This document shows positions 1 through 10,801 of a DNA stretch of 42,104 nt, one piece after another. Each line of letters starts with the position of its first letter. The stretch's first letter is position 1. Location: contig JASFKY010000003.1 of NCBI GenBank assembly GCA_050118395.1, positions 1-42,104 on the forward strand, read 5' to 3'. The DNA comes from Myxococcales bacterium (GTDB lineage: Bacteria > Myxococcota_A > Polyangia > Polyangiales > Houyiibacteriaceae). A program made the translations under genes and the position numbers. The notes below the pieces were generated by a model. The model was given only the letters and a program-made list of their open reading frames with translations. It did not search any database and had not been told where the DNA came from.

Positions 1-1
1 G

Positions 2-1105
2 AGCCGTCCCTCCGACACGTGACACGCTCCGGCCGATGTCTACCGCGGGCCGCTGGTTTCGCACGAAAAGAGTCGTATCGAGATAGACTTGCCCATCGGT
101 GATCGAGATTAGATTCGTCGGGATGTACGAGGAAATGTCGCTATCCGTGGTCTCGACGATGGGGAAAGCAGTGATGGAACCGGCATGCTCACCTTTCGCG
201 AGCGCCGTTGCACGCTCGAGGAGTTGGGCATGGATGTAAAAGATGTCACCGGGAAAGGCTTCCCTCCCGGGCGGCCTCCCAAGAAGGAGGGCTAGCTCGC
301 GGTAGGCATCGGCATGCTTGGTCAAGTCGTCGTACACGATCAGGGCATCCTGGCCGAGATCCCGAAAGTACTCGGCTACCGTGGTGCCCGCGTAGGGAGC
401 GAGGTATTGCAGGCCCGGCGAGTCGCTTGCGTCCGACGCAATGATCACGGTGTTGGATAGGGCACCTGCTTTCTCGAGTGCCTCCCGGATACTCAACACT
501 CGGGACATCGGCTGTCCTATGACGACGTAGACACATACCACATCGCCTGCGCGCTGGGCTGCCACGATATCCAAAGCCAGCGCAGTCTTTCCCACGTTGC
601 GGTCGCCGACGATGAGCTGCCGCTGTCCGCGCCCGATCGGAATCGCACTGTCGATCACCATGACACCGGTTAGAAGCGGGCGGTCCACCGGTCCTCGCTC
701 GATCAGGGTGGGTGCCGGCCGAAATATCGGTTGGCGTTCTGCGGCCGGCGCCGGTCGCTCGTCCAGCGGCTGAGCGAGCGGATCGAGAACGCGCCCTAGG
801 ATCTCGCGACTCACGGGCAGGGACAGAGGGCTCCCAGTGGCCTCGACGCCTTCGCTCGCCCGAACGCGTTCGACGTTCCCGAGCAAAACGATGCCCGTGT
901 AGTCGGGTGCTAGCTCAGAGGCGATCCCCAACGCACCCGAGTCGAAGGCGACCAGCTCTTCGGAGCCCACATCTCGGAGCCCCACGGCCCGTGCCACCCC
1001 GTCACCCACTTGGACCACGGCTCCTCGAGGTTTCAGAGCTTGCCGTAGGTCGAGCTCCTCCTCGAGGCATCGAGCAACATCCGGTGCCAATGGCTCATCA
1101 GCGAT
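2..1105 (-). CDS. atpA: F0F1 (N-type) ATP synthase subunit alpha, 3'-truncated by window edge
   Basis: Not in the ORF track (no stop inside the window); translated by hand. Contains VQVGDGVARAVGL, IPIGRGQRQLIVGDRNVGKT (Walker A), YDDLTKHADAYRELALLLGRPPGREAFPGDIFY, YIPTNLISITDGQ and SVSRVGG. Start is uncertain: ATC at 1105 behind GAGGTGA, or TTG at 1090. Confidence 0.95.
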   Translation of the reverse strand, partial: MADEPLAPDVARCLEEELDLRQALKPRGAVVQVGDGVARAVGLRDVGSEELVAFDSGALGIASELAPDYTGIVLLGNVERVRASEGVEATGSPLSLPVSREILGRVLDPLAQPLDERPAPAAERQPIFRPAPTLIERGPVDRPLLTGVMVIDSAIPIGRGQRQLIVGDRNVGKTALALDIVAAQRAGDVVCVYVVIGQPMSRVLSIREALEKAGALSNTVIIASDASDSPGLQYLAPYAGTTVAEYFRDLGQDALIVYDDLTKHADAYRELALLLGRPPGREAFPGDIFYIHAQLLERATALAKGEHAGSITAFPIVETTDSDISSYIPTNLISITDGQVYLDTTLFVRNQRPAVDIGRSVSRVGGTA

Positions 1106-1838
1106 GGCTCACCTCTTCATTTCGGTGTTCGGTCGACCGAGCTCCAAGGCTGCTGACGGACCGACCGGCGCGTCTGGCAATGGAGGTCGCCGTAGCATCG
1201 ACCTGTCCGCCTCTCGTGGTCACGCGCACTCCGGCGCCAAGCTCGCCGACCACGCGCCCCTCGAACGCGTGGCCGAGCGTATCTTCGAGAAGCTTCCTTG
1301 CCTCATCATCCAGTGCACGAGCGCTCTCTACCAAAGCGGAGCCGCGCAGCTCGACTGGTATCTTTTCGAGCTCTGTACATGCCGCTCGGATCAGAGCCGT
1401 GTCGAGCGACGGGCCGGACAGCACCTCGAGAAGCTGCCGCACCGCTTCAGCGGCAACGCGTCCGATGGTCTCGGCGAGCGCGAGGGCCTCGGATTCACGA
1501 GTGGCATTGAGCTCTCGTTCGAGGACCTGACGTTCGTGCCGCTGCCTCTTCCTCGCCTCTTCGAGAAGTTCCGACGCCTCCTTTCGAGCGGCAACGAGGA
1601 TCTCTTGACGATGTTCTTGTAGCTCCTCGTCGAGCTCTTTGTGCGCGGCACGCGCCTTGTCGGCCAGGGATTCTGCCTCGGCACGCAGGCGCTTCGCCTC
1701 TTGGTCTTCTTTCTCGCGCTGCTGTCGCTCGTCGTCGAGAGCGCGGCGTACGGGCTTGAAGAGGATCCAGCCCAGCGCCGCCGCGAGCAGCAAGAAGTTC
1801 ACTGCCTCGAAGAGAAAGTTGGCGAGCATGGGGGACAC
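1098..1838 (-). CDS. atpF: ATP synthase F0 subunit b (long N-ATPase type with delta-like C-terminus)
   Basis: N-terminal TM (FEAVNFLLLAAALGWILFKPV), a long charged coiled coil and a C-terminal ELGAGVRVT segment. 246 aa, lying between atpE and atpA. Confidence 0.9.
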   Translation of the reverse strand: MSPMLANFLFEAVNFLLLAAALGWILFKPVRRALDDERQQREKEDQEAKRLRAEAESLADKARAAHKELDEELQEHRQEILVAARKEASELLEEARKRQRHERQVLERELNATRESEALALAETIGRVAAEAVRQLLEVLSGPSLDTALIRAACTELEKIPVELRGSALVESARALDDEARKLLEDTLGHAFEGRVVGELGAGVRVTTRGGQVDATATSIARRAGRSVSSLGARSTEHRNEEVSHR

Positions 1839-1844
1839 GCCGTC

Positions 1845-2105
1845 CTACCCTCCAGACACGAAAGGGTTCGCAAAAAGCAGCACGAGGGCGATGACCAGGC
1901 AGAAGATGGCCGTTGATTCCACCATGGCTAGTGCCACGAACTGGTTGCGTGTGATCGATCCAGACTCATCCGGTTGGCGCGCCAAAGCATCCATTCCGGC
2001 TGCGCCGATGCGGCTTTCACCGATCGCTGCCCCTATGGCGCCGACCGCCATGGTGAAAGCGGCGGCAATGATCGATCCAAGCGCGAGAATCGCGTGGTCC
2101 GTCAT
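1845..2105 (-). CDS. atpE: ATP synthase F0 subunit c
   Basis: Helical hairpin with the ARQP loop, GE in helix 1, ESTAIF in helix 2 and the LFANPF tail typical of N-ATPase c subunits. Confidence 0.97.
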   Translation of the reverse strand: MTDHAILALGSIIAAAFTMAVGAIGAAIGESRIGAAGMDALARQPDESGSITRNQFVALAMVESTAIFCLVIALVLLFANPFVSGG

Positions 2106-2782
2106 GTCTCTTCTCCTTCCCCGATTCGGATCGCTGCGCCGACGTAAACGCTTGCCAAGATCGTAAAGATGTACGCCTGGAGGAAACCGATGAGCAGGTC
2201 AAGTGCCATCAGGGGCACAGGGACGACGAGGCCTGCGAGCACGACGATCAGGGCTACGATCAGATGGCCGCTGAGCATATTGCCGAACAGTCGCAAGGCC
2301 AACGCGAGCGTTCGCGAGACCTCGCTGATGATGTGTAGGGGGAAGAGCAGCGGATTGGGGCGAAAATAGTGCTTGAGATAGCCGAGCGGCCCGCGCGCCC
2401 GGACACCGACCACCGGAACGGCCAAGAACACCAGAACCGCCAGGGCGCCGGTCGCGGCCAGATTGGCGGTCGGAGCGGCGATCACGGGCAGCTCTCCGAT
2501 GACCGCTGCGCCGCAGATGAAGAGAAAGAGGCTTCCGGCGAAGATCTCCAAACCAGGCGACGGATGGCCCGCCGCTTCGGTGACCAGGTCGTGAACAAAC
2601 CCGAACATGAGCCGGCCTGCTGCGGCCAGCCGTCCGAAGGGATGCCGCACGACCGCCCTCGCCACCAGGCTGAACAGGATCACCAGAAAGAGGCTCGTTG
2701 CGGCGCTCGTGATCATGGTCGGCGTGATGGGGACAGGGCCGAGTGATGCGAGCACGACATCATCGAAAATATGGGGCTTCAT
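2102..2782 (-). CDS. atpB: ATP synthase F0 subunit a
   Basis: SRTLALALRLFGNMLSGH (essential Arg) and LQAYIFTILASVY; polytopic membrane protein; ATGA overlaps with both neighbours. Confidence 0.96.
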   Translation of the reverse strand: MKPHIFDDVVLASLGPVPITPTMITSAATSLFLVILFSLVARAVVRHPFGRLAAAGRLMFGFVHDLVTEAAGHPSPGLEIFAGSLFLFICGAAVIGELPVIAAPTANLAATGALAVLVFLAVPVVGVRARGPLGYLKHYFRPNPLLFPLHIISEVSRTLALALRLFGNMLSGHLIVALIVVLAGLVVPVPLMALDLLIGFLQAYIFTILASVYVGAAIRIGEGEET

Positions 2783-3012
2783 CGGAGCCTCCGATATGCC
2801 ACCGCCGCGGCCGTGCCAAAACCGAGCGTCCAGCCGGCTGCACCCGAGATGAGGTGACCCGCCCGGGCCGCGAGGACCAAAACGCCGGCTACCAGCAGAA
2901 GACGAGCAAGGAAGGATAGCGGATGCGATTTCAGTCGCGTGGCTCCCGCGAGAACACTCGCTTCGGCGATGCCGACCGCCGCCCCACAGAGTGCAAAGAA
3001 CACGGCAGTCAC
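2779..3012 (-). CDS. atpR: N-ATPase accessory membrane subunit AtpR-like
   Basis: 77-aa hydrophobic ORF from a GTG overlapping the upstream stop (GTGA), containing SFLARLLLVAG. Position between atpQ and atpB matches N-ATPase operons. Confidence 0.7.
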   Translation of the reverse strand: MTAVFFALCGAAVGIAEASVLAGATRLKSHPLSFLARLLLVAGVLVLAARAGHLISGAAGWTLGFGTAAAVAYRRLR

Positions 3013-3291
3013 GGGCCGTGCTCCCGCACGGTTCGGTACGCGATGAAGCTGCCGACCGCCGTGCCCCCGGTCAGGAGCGCCAACGTAAAGTGGACACCCG
3101 TGCCAAAGCGCCCGTCGAGATGATGACCCAATAGCGCTCCTCCGGTCGCCAAGAGGACGATCGGCCAGCCAACGCTTCCGATGAGCGCCAACGATCGCCA
3201 AAACCGCCCGCCGGGGTCCCGATGACGGAACCGGTCGATGTCACGCTTGGTGCGATCGTGCGCGTCGGGGCGCTGGAAAGGATGATCTCGA

Positions 3292-3299
<8 letters not shown>
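3009..3299 (-). CDS. atpQ: AtpZ/AtpI (ATPase gene 1, N-ATPase AtpQ) family membrane protein
   Basis: FWRSLALIGSVGWPIV...GALLGHHLD...TLALL with two TMs; follows atpC. Confidence 0.85.
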
Positions 3300-5497
<2,198 letters not shown>

Positions 5498-5526
5498 CTA
5501 TCGGTCCGGACGCACTTCCCTAAGTC

Positions 5527-6441
5527 ATGGCGACTCAAGCCGTCTTCGAAGGCGTGATCCCCGAAGAGGGAATCGGAGACTTGCTGGGCGGTCTCGAGGA
5601 GATCGGCACGACCGGCGTGCTCGCCTTTCGAAGCGAAGCGGGCTCGGGCACGATTCATCTCATCCACGGTCAAGTTGCCGATCGCGAAGCGACGCCCGAC
5701 GAGAGTCGTGCGCTCGAAGTTCTGCTGTCGTTGCGCGAAGGCCAGTTCGCCGTGTACCCGAAGCTCCCGCACCTGCCGGTGTCGCGAGGGACCGATACCA
5801 CCCGCCGCGGCTCGCTCGCCGTGCATCCACCCCCTGAGCTGATGCGCTATTGCGAAAACGCTGGGCTCACCGGACGCCTGTTACTCGAGCACCGGGGACG
5901 GCTTGCCATCGGGTACTACGAGAAGGGCGAGCTCGTCGACGTCAGCATCGACGGCGGGACTCAGGGGGACTTCGTGACGGCGCTGGAATGGACCGAGGGA
6001 ACGTTTCGAGTCGACGCCGTGCCCCCACCGCGGGAGACCTTGCCTCCGGCGCTGCAAGACAAGACCTCCCAGGCCCCGCGGGTCAATCCCACTCAGCTTC
6101 CCCTCGTCGAGGCTTTCGAAGCCGGACTGGCGGACATGGGGCGCCGTGACGATACCCCGGTGTCAGGCCTTCGGCCGCGAGTGGAGGAGCGAGACGAAGA
6201 CGCCACGATCCGCGTAATTCGTCGTCCCGGAAGCGAGCACTTCGATGAGCCTCGCGACCGGTGGCAGCCCCTCGACTATTCTCCCTCCTTTTCGACCGAA
6301 TCTGCTACAACAGAGTCCGTGCAATCGAAAGACGACGGAAGGCCCATTGGCTCCTGGCGGACGCTAGGATGGGTCGCTGCGGTGTTGGTGATCGTCGCTG
6401 GGTGCCTTTGGTTCCTCGCATCGCTCCCACCGCTGGGTTAG
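5527..6441 (+). CDS. DUF4388 (PATAN-like) domain protein with C-terminal membrane anchor
   Basis: Two repeats of the pattern 'LL..LE....TG.L........G.I....G' (GDLLGGLEEIGTTGVL; ELMRYCENAGLTGRL...ALEWTEGTFRV), a Pro-rich linker and a C-terminal TM. Confidence 0.7.
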   Translation: MATQAVFEGVIPEEGIGDLLGGLEEIGTTGVLAFRSEAGSGTIHLIHGQVADREATPDESRALEVLLSLREGQFAVYPKLPHLPVSRGTDTTRRGSLAVHPPPELMRYCENAGLTGRLLLEHRGRLAIGYYEKGELVDVSIDGGTQGDFVTALEWTEGTFRVDAVPPPRETLPPALQDKTSQAPRVNPTQLPLVEAFEAGLADMGRRDDTPVSGLRPRVEERDEDATIRVIRRPGSEHFDEPRDRWQPLDYSPSFSTESATTESVQSKDDGRPIGSWRTLGWVAAVLVIVAGCLWFLASLPPLG

Positions 6442-6451
6442 TCTGGCGCGC

Positions 6452-8062
6452 GTGAGCCTCCGCTGGCGACCGAGACGCTGGCTTCCGAGCCTAATCGCGC
6501 TGGCCGGTCTGGTGTCTCCATCGACCGCGAGCGCGCAGCGAAGCGAACGCATGGGCGAGCCTTACCGCCCCGGCGAGACCGTTCAGACCAGCGACAATCC
6601 CGAGGCCCAGGACCAAGAGCCCGAACCGCTGCGTGACCGCTATGGAACCGCCGGTCAGGAGGAAGAGGCCGAGCAAATTTCGCTTCAGGTTCGCTACGTG
6701 CTCGAAGGCATCGTAGTGGCGGGAAACAAGCGTACCAAATCACGAATCATCCGTGAGCTCGTCCCCTTCAAGCAAGGCGACTTCATCGATCCCGAATCGC
6801 CGGAGCTCCTGGCCGTCGAGTGGAGGCTGATGGGAACCGGGTGGTTCGACCACGTGGACCTGCGTCTGGAGCGCGGAGTCGAGCGTGGCTACGTCGTGCT
6901 GGTCGTCGAGGTGAAGGAGAGGAACACCGTCGTCATCGAGCAGTTGGTGGCGGGTCTTTCCGAGGGCGTGGCCAAGACGACCGATCGCGGCCGCACTTTG
7001 TTTCCTTGGCTCGGGTTCAAAGTGACCGAAACCAATTTGGCCGGAGTGGGTATCCGCTTTTCCGGGACGGCCTTGGCCAGCGAGTTTCAACAAGGCGGAA
7101 GGCTAGACTTGACCTATCCGCGGCTGATCAAGAGAGAATATGCCCTCCGCTTCGCGACGTACTTTCTCAACGGACGCGAGTACTACGGAAACAGCCCTTT
7201 GGTCAGTGTGCCTTGTGGGGCGCCGACCTGTCCGGGAACCTCGGTCGTTGCCAAGGCCGTGGTTCGTTACAGACGCGGCGGGTTCATGCTCGGCACCGGC
7301 AAGGATCTCACCACCAAGCTCAGCTACAGTCTCGACTGGATAGGAGACATTGTCAGTGTGCTCGACCGCCCCGAAGCGGCCAGCGAGACGCTGGGCAACG
7401 ACATCGCTCCGATCGACTTCGCGATCCAGGACGGCCACAGCTTCGTTTCGTCTCTGCGCTTTCGATTGATTTTCGACAAGCGCGACGACCCCGGCATCAC
7501 CAAGGAAGGGGTTCTGTTTCAGGGAGAGGTCCTGGTCGGAACGCGGTTTTTCGGCAGTGACTACGACTACATCCGGATCATCGCGGATGTACGCCGGTGG
7601 TGGCGACTCCCTTGGAATCACACCATTCGAATTGGTGCGTTTGGCGGAGCTGCCTTGGGCACCACGCCTTTCTTCTACCTGTTCCACATCTCGGATTTGA
7701 GCGATCTGATTCCTTCTCGGTTTCTCGAGATGCAGCTCGATGGCAGGCCTCCGCCCAACCTGTTGGGAACCTCGATTGAAAACCACAACCTGGGCGAGCT
7801 CGCCTGGAGGATCGACGTCGGTTACGACGTTCCGATTTACGAGCGGGTTCGCGAGCGCGGTCTGCGCGAGATCAACCTGTACAGCCTGATCGGGCTGATC
7901 TCGTTGACGGATCTGCGTGCGCCGCCCGGTTCGTTGAGCGGATACAGCGGCTTTTCGAGGTTTCCTCTCGACCTGACCTTCGATGTGGGTTTCCGATTCG
8001 ACACTCGATTCGGGGTTTTTCAAGTCGGCTTTTCCACGGTGCTGGGATTCATAAGGTTGTGA
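6452..8062 (+). CDS. Omp85/BamA-TamA family outer-membrane protein (single POTRA plus beta-barrel)
   Basis: Signal peptide; POTRA motif IVVAGNKRTKSRIIRE...LMGTGWFDHV...LVVEVKE; ETNLAGVG; FDKRDD; amphipathic beta-strands. Confidence 0.85.
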   Translation: MSLRWRPRRWLPSLIALAGLVSPSTASAQRSERMGEPYRPGETVQTSDNPEAQDQEPEPLRDRYGTAGQEEEAEQISLQVRYVLEGIVVAGNKRTKSRIIRELVPFKQGDFIDPESPELLAVEWRLMGTGWFDHVDLRLERGVERGYVVLVVEVKERNTVVIEQLVAGLSEGVAKTTDRGRTLFPWLGFKVTETNLAGVGIRFSGTALASEFQQGGRLDLTYPRLIKREYALRFATYFLNGREYYGNSPLVSVPCGAPTCPGTSVVAKAVVRYRRGGFMLGTGKDLTTKLSYSLDWIGDIVSVLDRPEAASETLGNDIAPIDFAIQDGHSFVSSLRFRLIFDKRDDPGITKEGVLFQGEVLVGTRFFGSDYDYIRIIADVRRWWRLPWNHTIRIGAFGGAALGTTPFFYLFHISDLSDLIPSRFLEMQLDGRPPPNLLGTSIENHNLGELAWRIDVGYDVPIYERVRERGLREINLYSLIGLISLTDLRAPPGSLSGYSGFSRFPLDLTFDVGFRFDTRFGVFQVGFSTVLGFIRL

Positions 8063-8652
8063 GATACTGGATCCCAACGCTCGTCTGGCTTGCTGCGGCC
8101 GTTGCGTACGCGCAATCGGGGTTGCCCGTCCGCGATGTCCGGGTGGAGTGGGACCGCGGTTCTGCGAAGGTTTCATTTTCGGCTAAAGACCTGGTGGACG
8201 AAAGCGTGCGGCGCGAGCTTTCGAGCGGGCTGCGAAAGCGTTTGCTGGTGCGGGTGAGCGCGCACTTTCGGTCTTCCAACCGTGAAATGGCCGTCCGGCA
8301 GTTCAGCTGCGACGTGACGCGCGATCTCTGGGAGGACGGCTACGTCGTCCGCATCGGTAAGCAGAGTCGGCGATTCGAGACACTTGACGAGGTCTTGAAC
8401 CACTGCCTTTTGATCAAGGGCTTGTTCGTGGGGGAGCCCCAGCGTTACGAGGATCACTCGGGTCGCGAGATCTATTTCCAGGTGCGCGCCGAGTTCAATC
8501 CGATCTCCAAGGCGCAATGCCGAGAGCTCATTCGTCCCAGCTCCGGCGATGACCCGATGGGCCCCATCACCGTGAGCATCGTGAGACGCCGGATCTGTCG
8601 AGCTGAGCGAACCGTGGAGTTTCGCAGCGATTTCGTGCGGGTGCCGCCATGA
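8059..8652 (+). CDS. DUF4390-like periplasmic protein
   Basis: Signal peptide; RRELSSGL...CDVTRDLWEDGYVV; sits immediately before an NtrY-like kinase, the usual context of DUF4390. Confidence 0.6.
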   Translation: MRYWIPTLVWLAAAVAYAQSGLPVRDVRVEWDRGSAKVSFSAKDLVDESVRRELSSGLRKRLLVRVSAHFRSSNREMAVRQFSCDVTRDLWEDGYVVRIGKQSRRFETLDEVLNHCLLIKGLFVGEPQRYEDHSGREIYFQVRAEFNPISKAQCRELIRPSSGDDPMGPITVSIVRRRICRAERTVEFRSDFVRVPP

Positions 8653-10163
8653 GCCGCTTCGAGCGAAAGATCCTGTTTGCCATCGGCCTGGCGGTGTTCT
8701 TGGCCCTGGGCGGGAGTATTTTCCTCGCGCAGGGAGCATTGCGCGAGGTGTACCGTGTGGGGGTCAACGAGCGCTTTGGGGCGGAGCTCGTTCGCGGCGT
8801 CGAGGCGCGACGCGCCCAATTGATGGCGCTGCGGTCGAGCTCCGATCAGGCTGCCGATGCCGTGCGATGGGCGGTGGAGGCCGAGCTCGAAAAGCGGCCC
8901 GCCCACCGCGATCTGGAATCGCTTCTGGAGTTGCTTTTGGAGCGCTACGATTTCGTCCAAAGCATCCGGGTTACCGACTCCGCGGGCGAGGAGATCGCGC
9001 GGGTGGTGCGGCCCTTCGATGCGTTCGGCGAGCAGAAGCGCGTGACGGTGCGCCCGAGGAAAGCCAACGTCGGTGGCCGCGTGTATCCGATCTTGGTCGA
9101 AGTGGCGGTCCCGGAGATCTATTTCGAGCGTTTGCAGCAGGCCGGTGAGGTTGCAGACGTGTATTCGCGGCTCCAGAGGAAGAGCGCTTCGGTTTCCGAA
9201 GTCTACGTCTGGGTCTTTGGCATTTTGGCCTTTTTCGTGATCGTCGTTGCGTTTCTGATCGGTGCCGTCGTGTCGCGGCGCGTAACGCGTCGTGTGACCG
9301 CCCTGGCCGACGCGTCTCGCCAGGTCGGTGCTGGTGACTTCACCGTCATGCTGCCGACGAGCGCGGGCGACGAGGTCGCGGAGCTGACGCAGGCGTTCAA
9401 CGCGATGGTTCGGGACCTCAGGGAATCACGAACCCGGATCGAATATCTTCAACGCATCAGCGCCTGGCAGGACTTCGCCCGGCGATTGGCCCACGAGATC
9501 AAGAACCCATTGACCCCCATTCAGTTGGCCGCCCAGGAAATCGCGGAGACCTATGACGGCGACGACGAGGTCTACCGGCGCAAGCTAGAGCATGCGCGTT
9601 CGATCGTGGAAGAGGAAGTCGCCACACTTCGGCGGCTGGTGGGTGAATTCAGCGCATTTGCCAAGCTGCCCATCGCCGATCTGTCGCCGGCCGATCTGTG
9701 TGAGCTGATCCAGGCCATCGAGGGATCGGTCCCAGCAATCCTCGAGGACGTCGGGCATGGTACCTCCGCGCCGGTCGAAGTTCGGGTGAGCTGCGCAACG
9801 CAGCCCATCCCCGTGCGTATGGACCTCATGATGATGAAGCGAGGCGTCGACAACATCGTGCGCAACGCCATTCAAGCAGCCTTTTCTTCGCACCCCGAAG
9901 GTGGCGGCCAGGTGTGGATACGAGCCTACGTGCGCGGTGATGCGGCAGTCGTCGAGGTGTGCGACAACGGTCCAGGCATTGCCGATGCGGATTGGGACCG
10001 AGTCTTCGATCCGTATTATACGACGAAGCCCGAGGGCACGGGGTTGGGATTGGCCATCGTGAAGAAGGTGGTGTTGGAGCACGGAGGCGAAGTGCGGCTC
10101 GACGGCGCGGCCGAGGGCGGGGCGCGGTTCCGCATCGAGCTACCCCTGATGGAGCAGACATGA
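8649..10163 (+). CDS. Sensor histidine kinase, NtrY-like (2 TM, HAMP, HisKA, HATPase)
   Basis: AWQDFARRLAHEIKNPLTPIQL H-box, DEVAELTQAFNAM HAMP, NIVRNAIQA N-box, DNGPGI and TTKPEGTGLGL. Confidence 0.95.
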   Translation: MSRFERKILFAIGLAVFLALGGSIFLAQGALREVYRVGVNERFGAELVRGVEARRAQLMALRSSSDQAADAVRWAVEAELEKRPAHRDLESLLELLLERYDFVQSIRVTDSAGEEIARVVRPFDAFGEQKRVTVRPRKANVGGRVYPILVEVAVPEIYFERLQQAGEVADVYSRLQRKSASVSEVYVWVFGILAFFVIVVAFLIGAVVSRRVTRRVTALADASRQVGAGDFTVMLPTSAGDEVAELTQAFNAMVRDLRESRTRIEYLQRISAWQDFARRLAHEIKNPLTPIQLAAQEIAETYDGDDEVYRRKLEHARSIVEEEVATLRRLVGEFSAFAKLPIADLSPADLCELIQAIEGSVPAILEDVGHGTSAPVEVRVSCATQPIPVRMDLMMMKRGVDNIVRNAIQAAFSSHPEGGGQVWIRAYVRGDAAVVEVCDNGPGIADADWDRVFDPYYTTKPEGTGLGLAIVKKVVLEHGGEVRLDGAAEGGARFRIELPLMEQT

Positions 10164-10705
10164 GCTCGCGTCGCGAAAGCTCACCGTACCGGTGGGCTCA
10201 TTGGCTGATCATCGCGGTCGCATTCGTGGCGCTCTACGCTTGGATGACACGGGGAAATGCCTCTCCCTTGGTGGGCAAGGAAGCGCCGGATGTCACACTC
10301 CCCGTGGCTGCCGGCGGCCATGCCGGCGGGCCCACGGAGCTCAGGCTTTCCGAGTTGACTGGCCAAGTCGTGGTGCTCGACTTTTGGGCGAGCTGGTGCC
10401 AAGCGTGCCGCCGGAGCACGCCGATCCTCAACGACCTGTATGAGGAGCTCGGCGACCGAGGAGCCGCCTTTTATGGCGTCAACGTCGAGCGGATCGACCG
10501 CGCGCGCTTGCAGGCCGCCCACGCGGCGTTTGGCACGGAATTTCCCACCGTTCAGGACCGTAGCGGCGTGGTGCAGCGACGCTATGCCATCGACATGCTT
10601 CCGACGGTCATCGTGGTCGGCCGGGATGGCCTGGTCCGTTGGGCTTCCACGGGTGTTCCCAGCAAGACGAGGCTCCGGTCGGCGATTTCCGAGGCTCTGG
10701 ACTAG
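10160..10705 (+). CDS. TlpA/ResA-family thiol-disulfide oxidoreductase
   Basis: N-terminal TM, VVVLDFWASWCQACR (CxxC) and LPT cis-Pro; ATG overlaps the kinase stop (ATGA). Confidence 0.92.
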   Translation: MSSRRESSPYRWAHWLIIAVAFVALYAWMTRGNASPLVGKEAPDVTLPVAAGGHAGGPTELRLSELTGQVVVLDFWASWCQACRRSTPILNDLYEELGDRGAAFYGVNVERIDRARLQAAHAAFGTEFPTVQDRSGVVQRRYAIDMLPTVIVVGRDGLVRWASTGVPSKTRLRSAISEALD

Positions 10706-10721
10706 CCGGATTCGGACGTGG

Positions 10722-10750
10722 TTGACGACCCCTCCGGGCGCTGGTAGGTT
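10722..10750 (+). promoter_or_regulatory. Putative sigma70 promoter of the fic gene
   Basis: TTGACG-N17-TAGGTT in the intergenic region, upstream of a GGAGG RBS at 10791. Confidence 0.55.
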
Positions 10751-10801
10751 CGCCCGCCCCGCGGCGCCGACGGTGCGGTGCGTCAGGCATGGAGGCATTC
10801 G

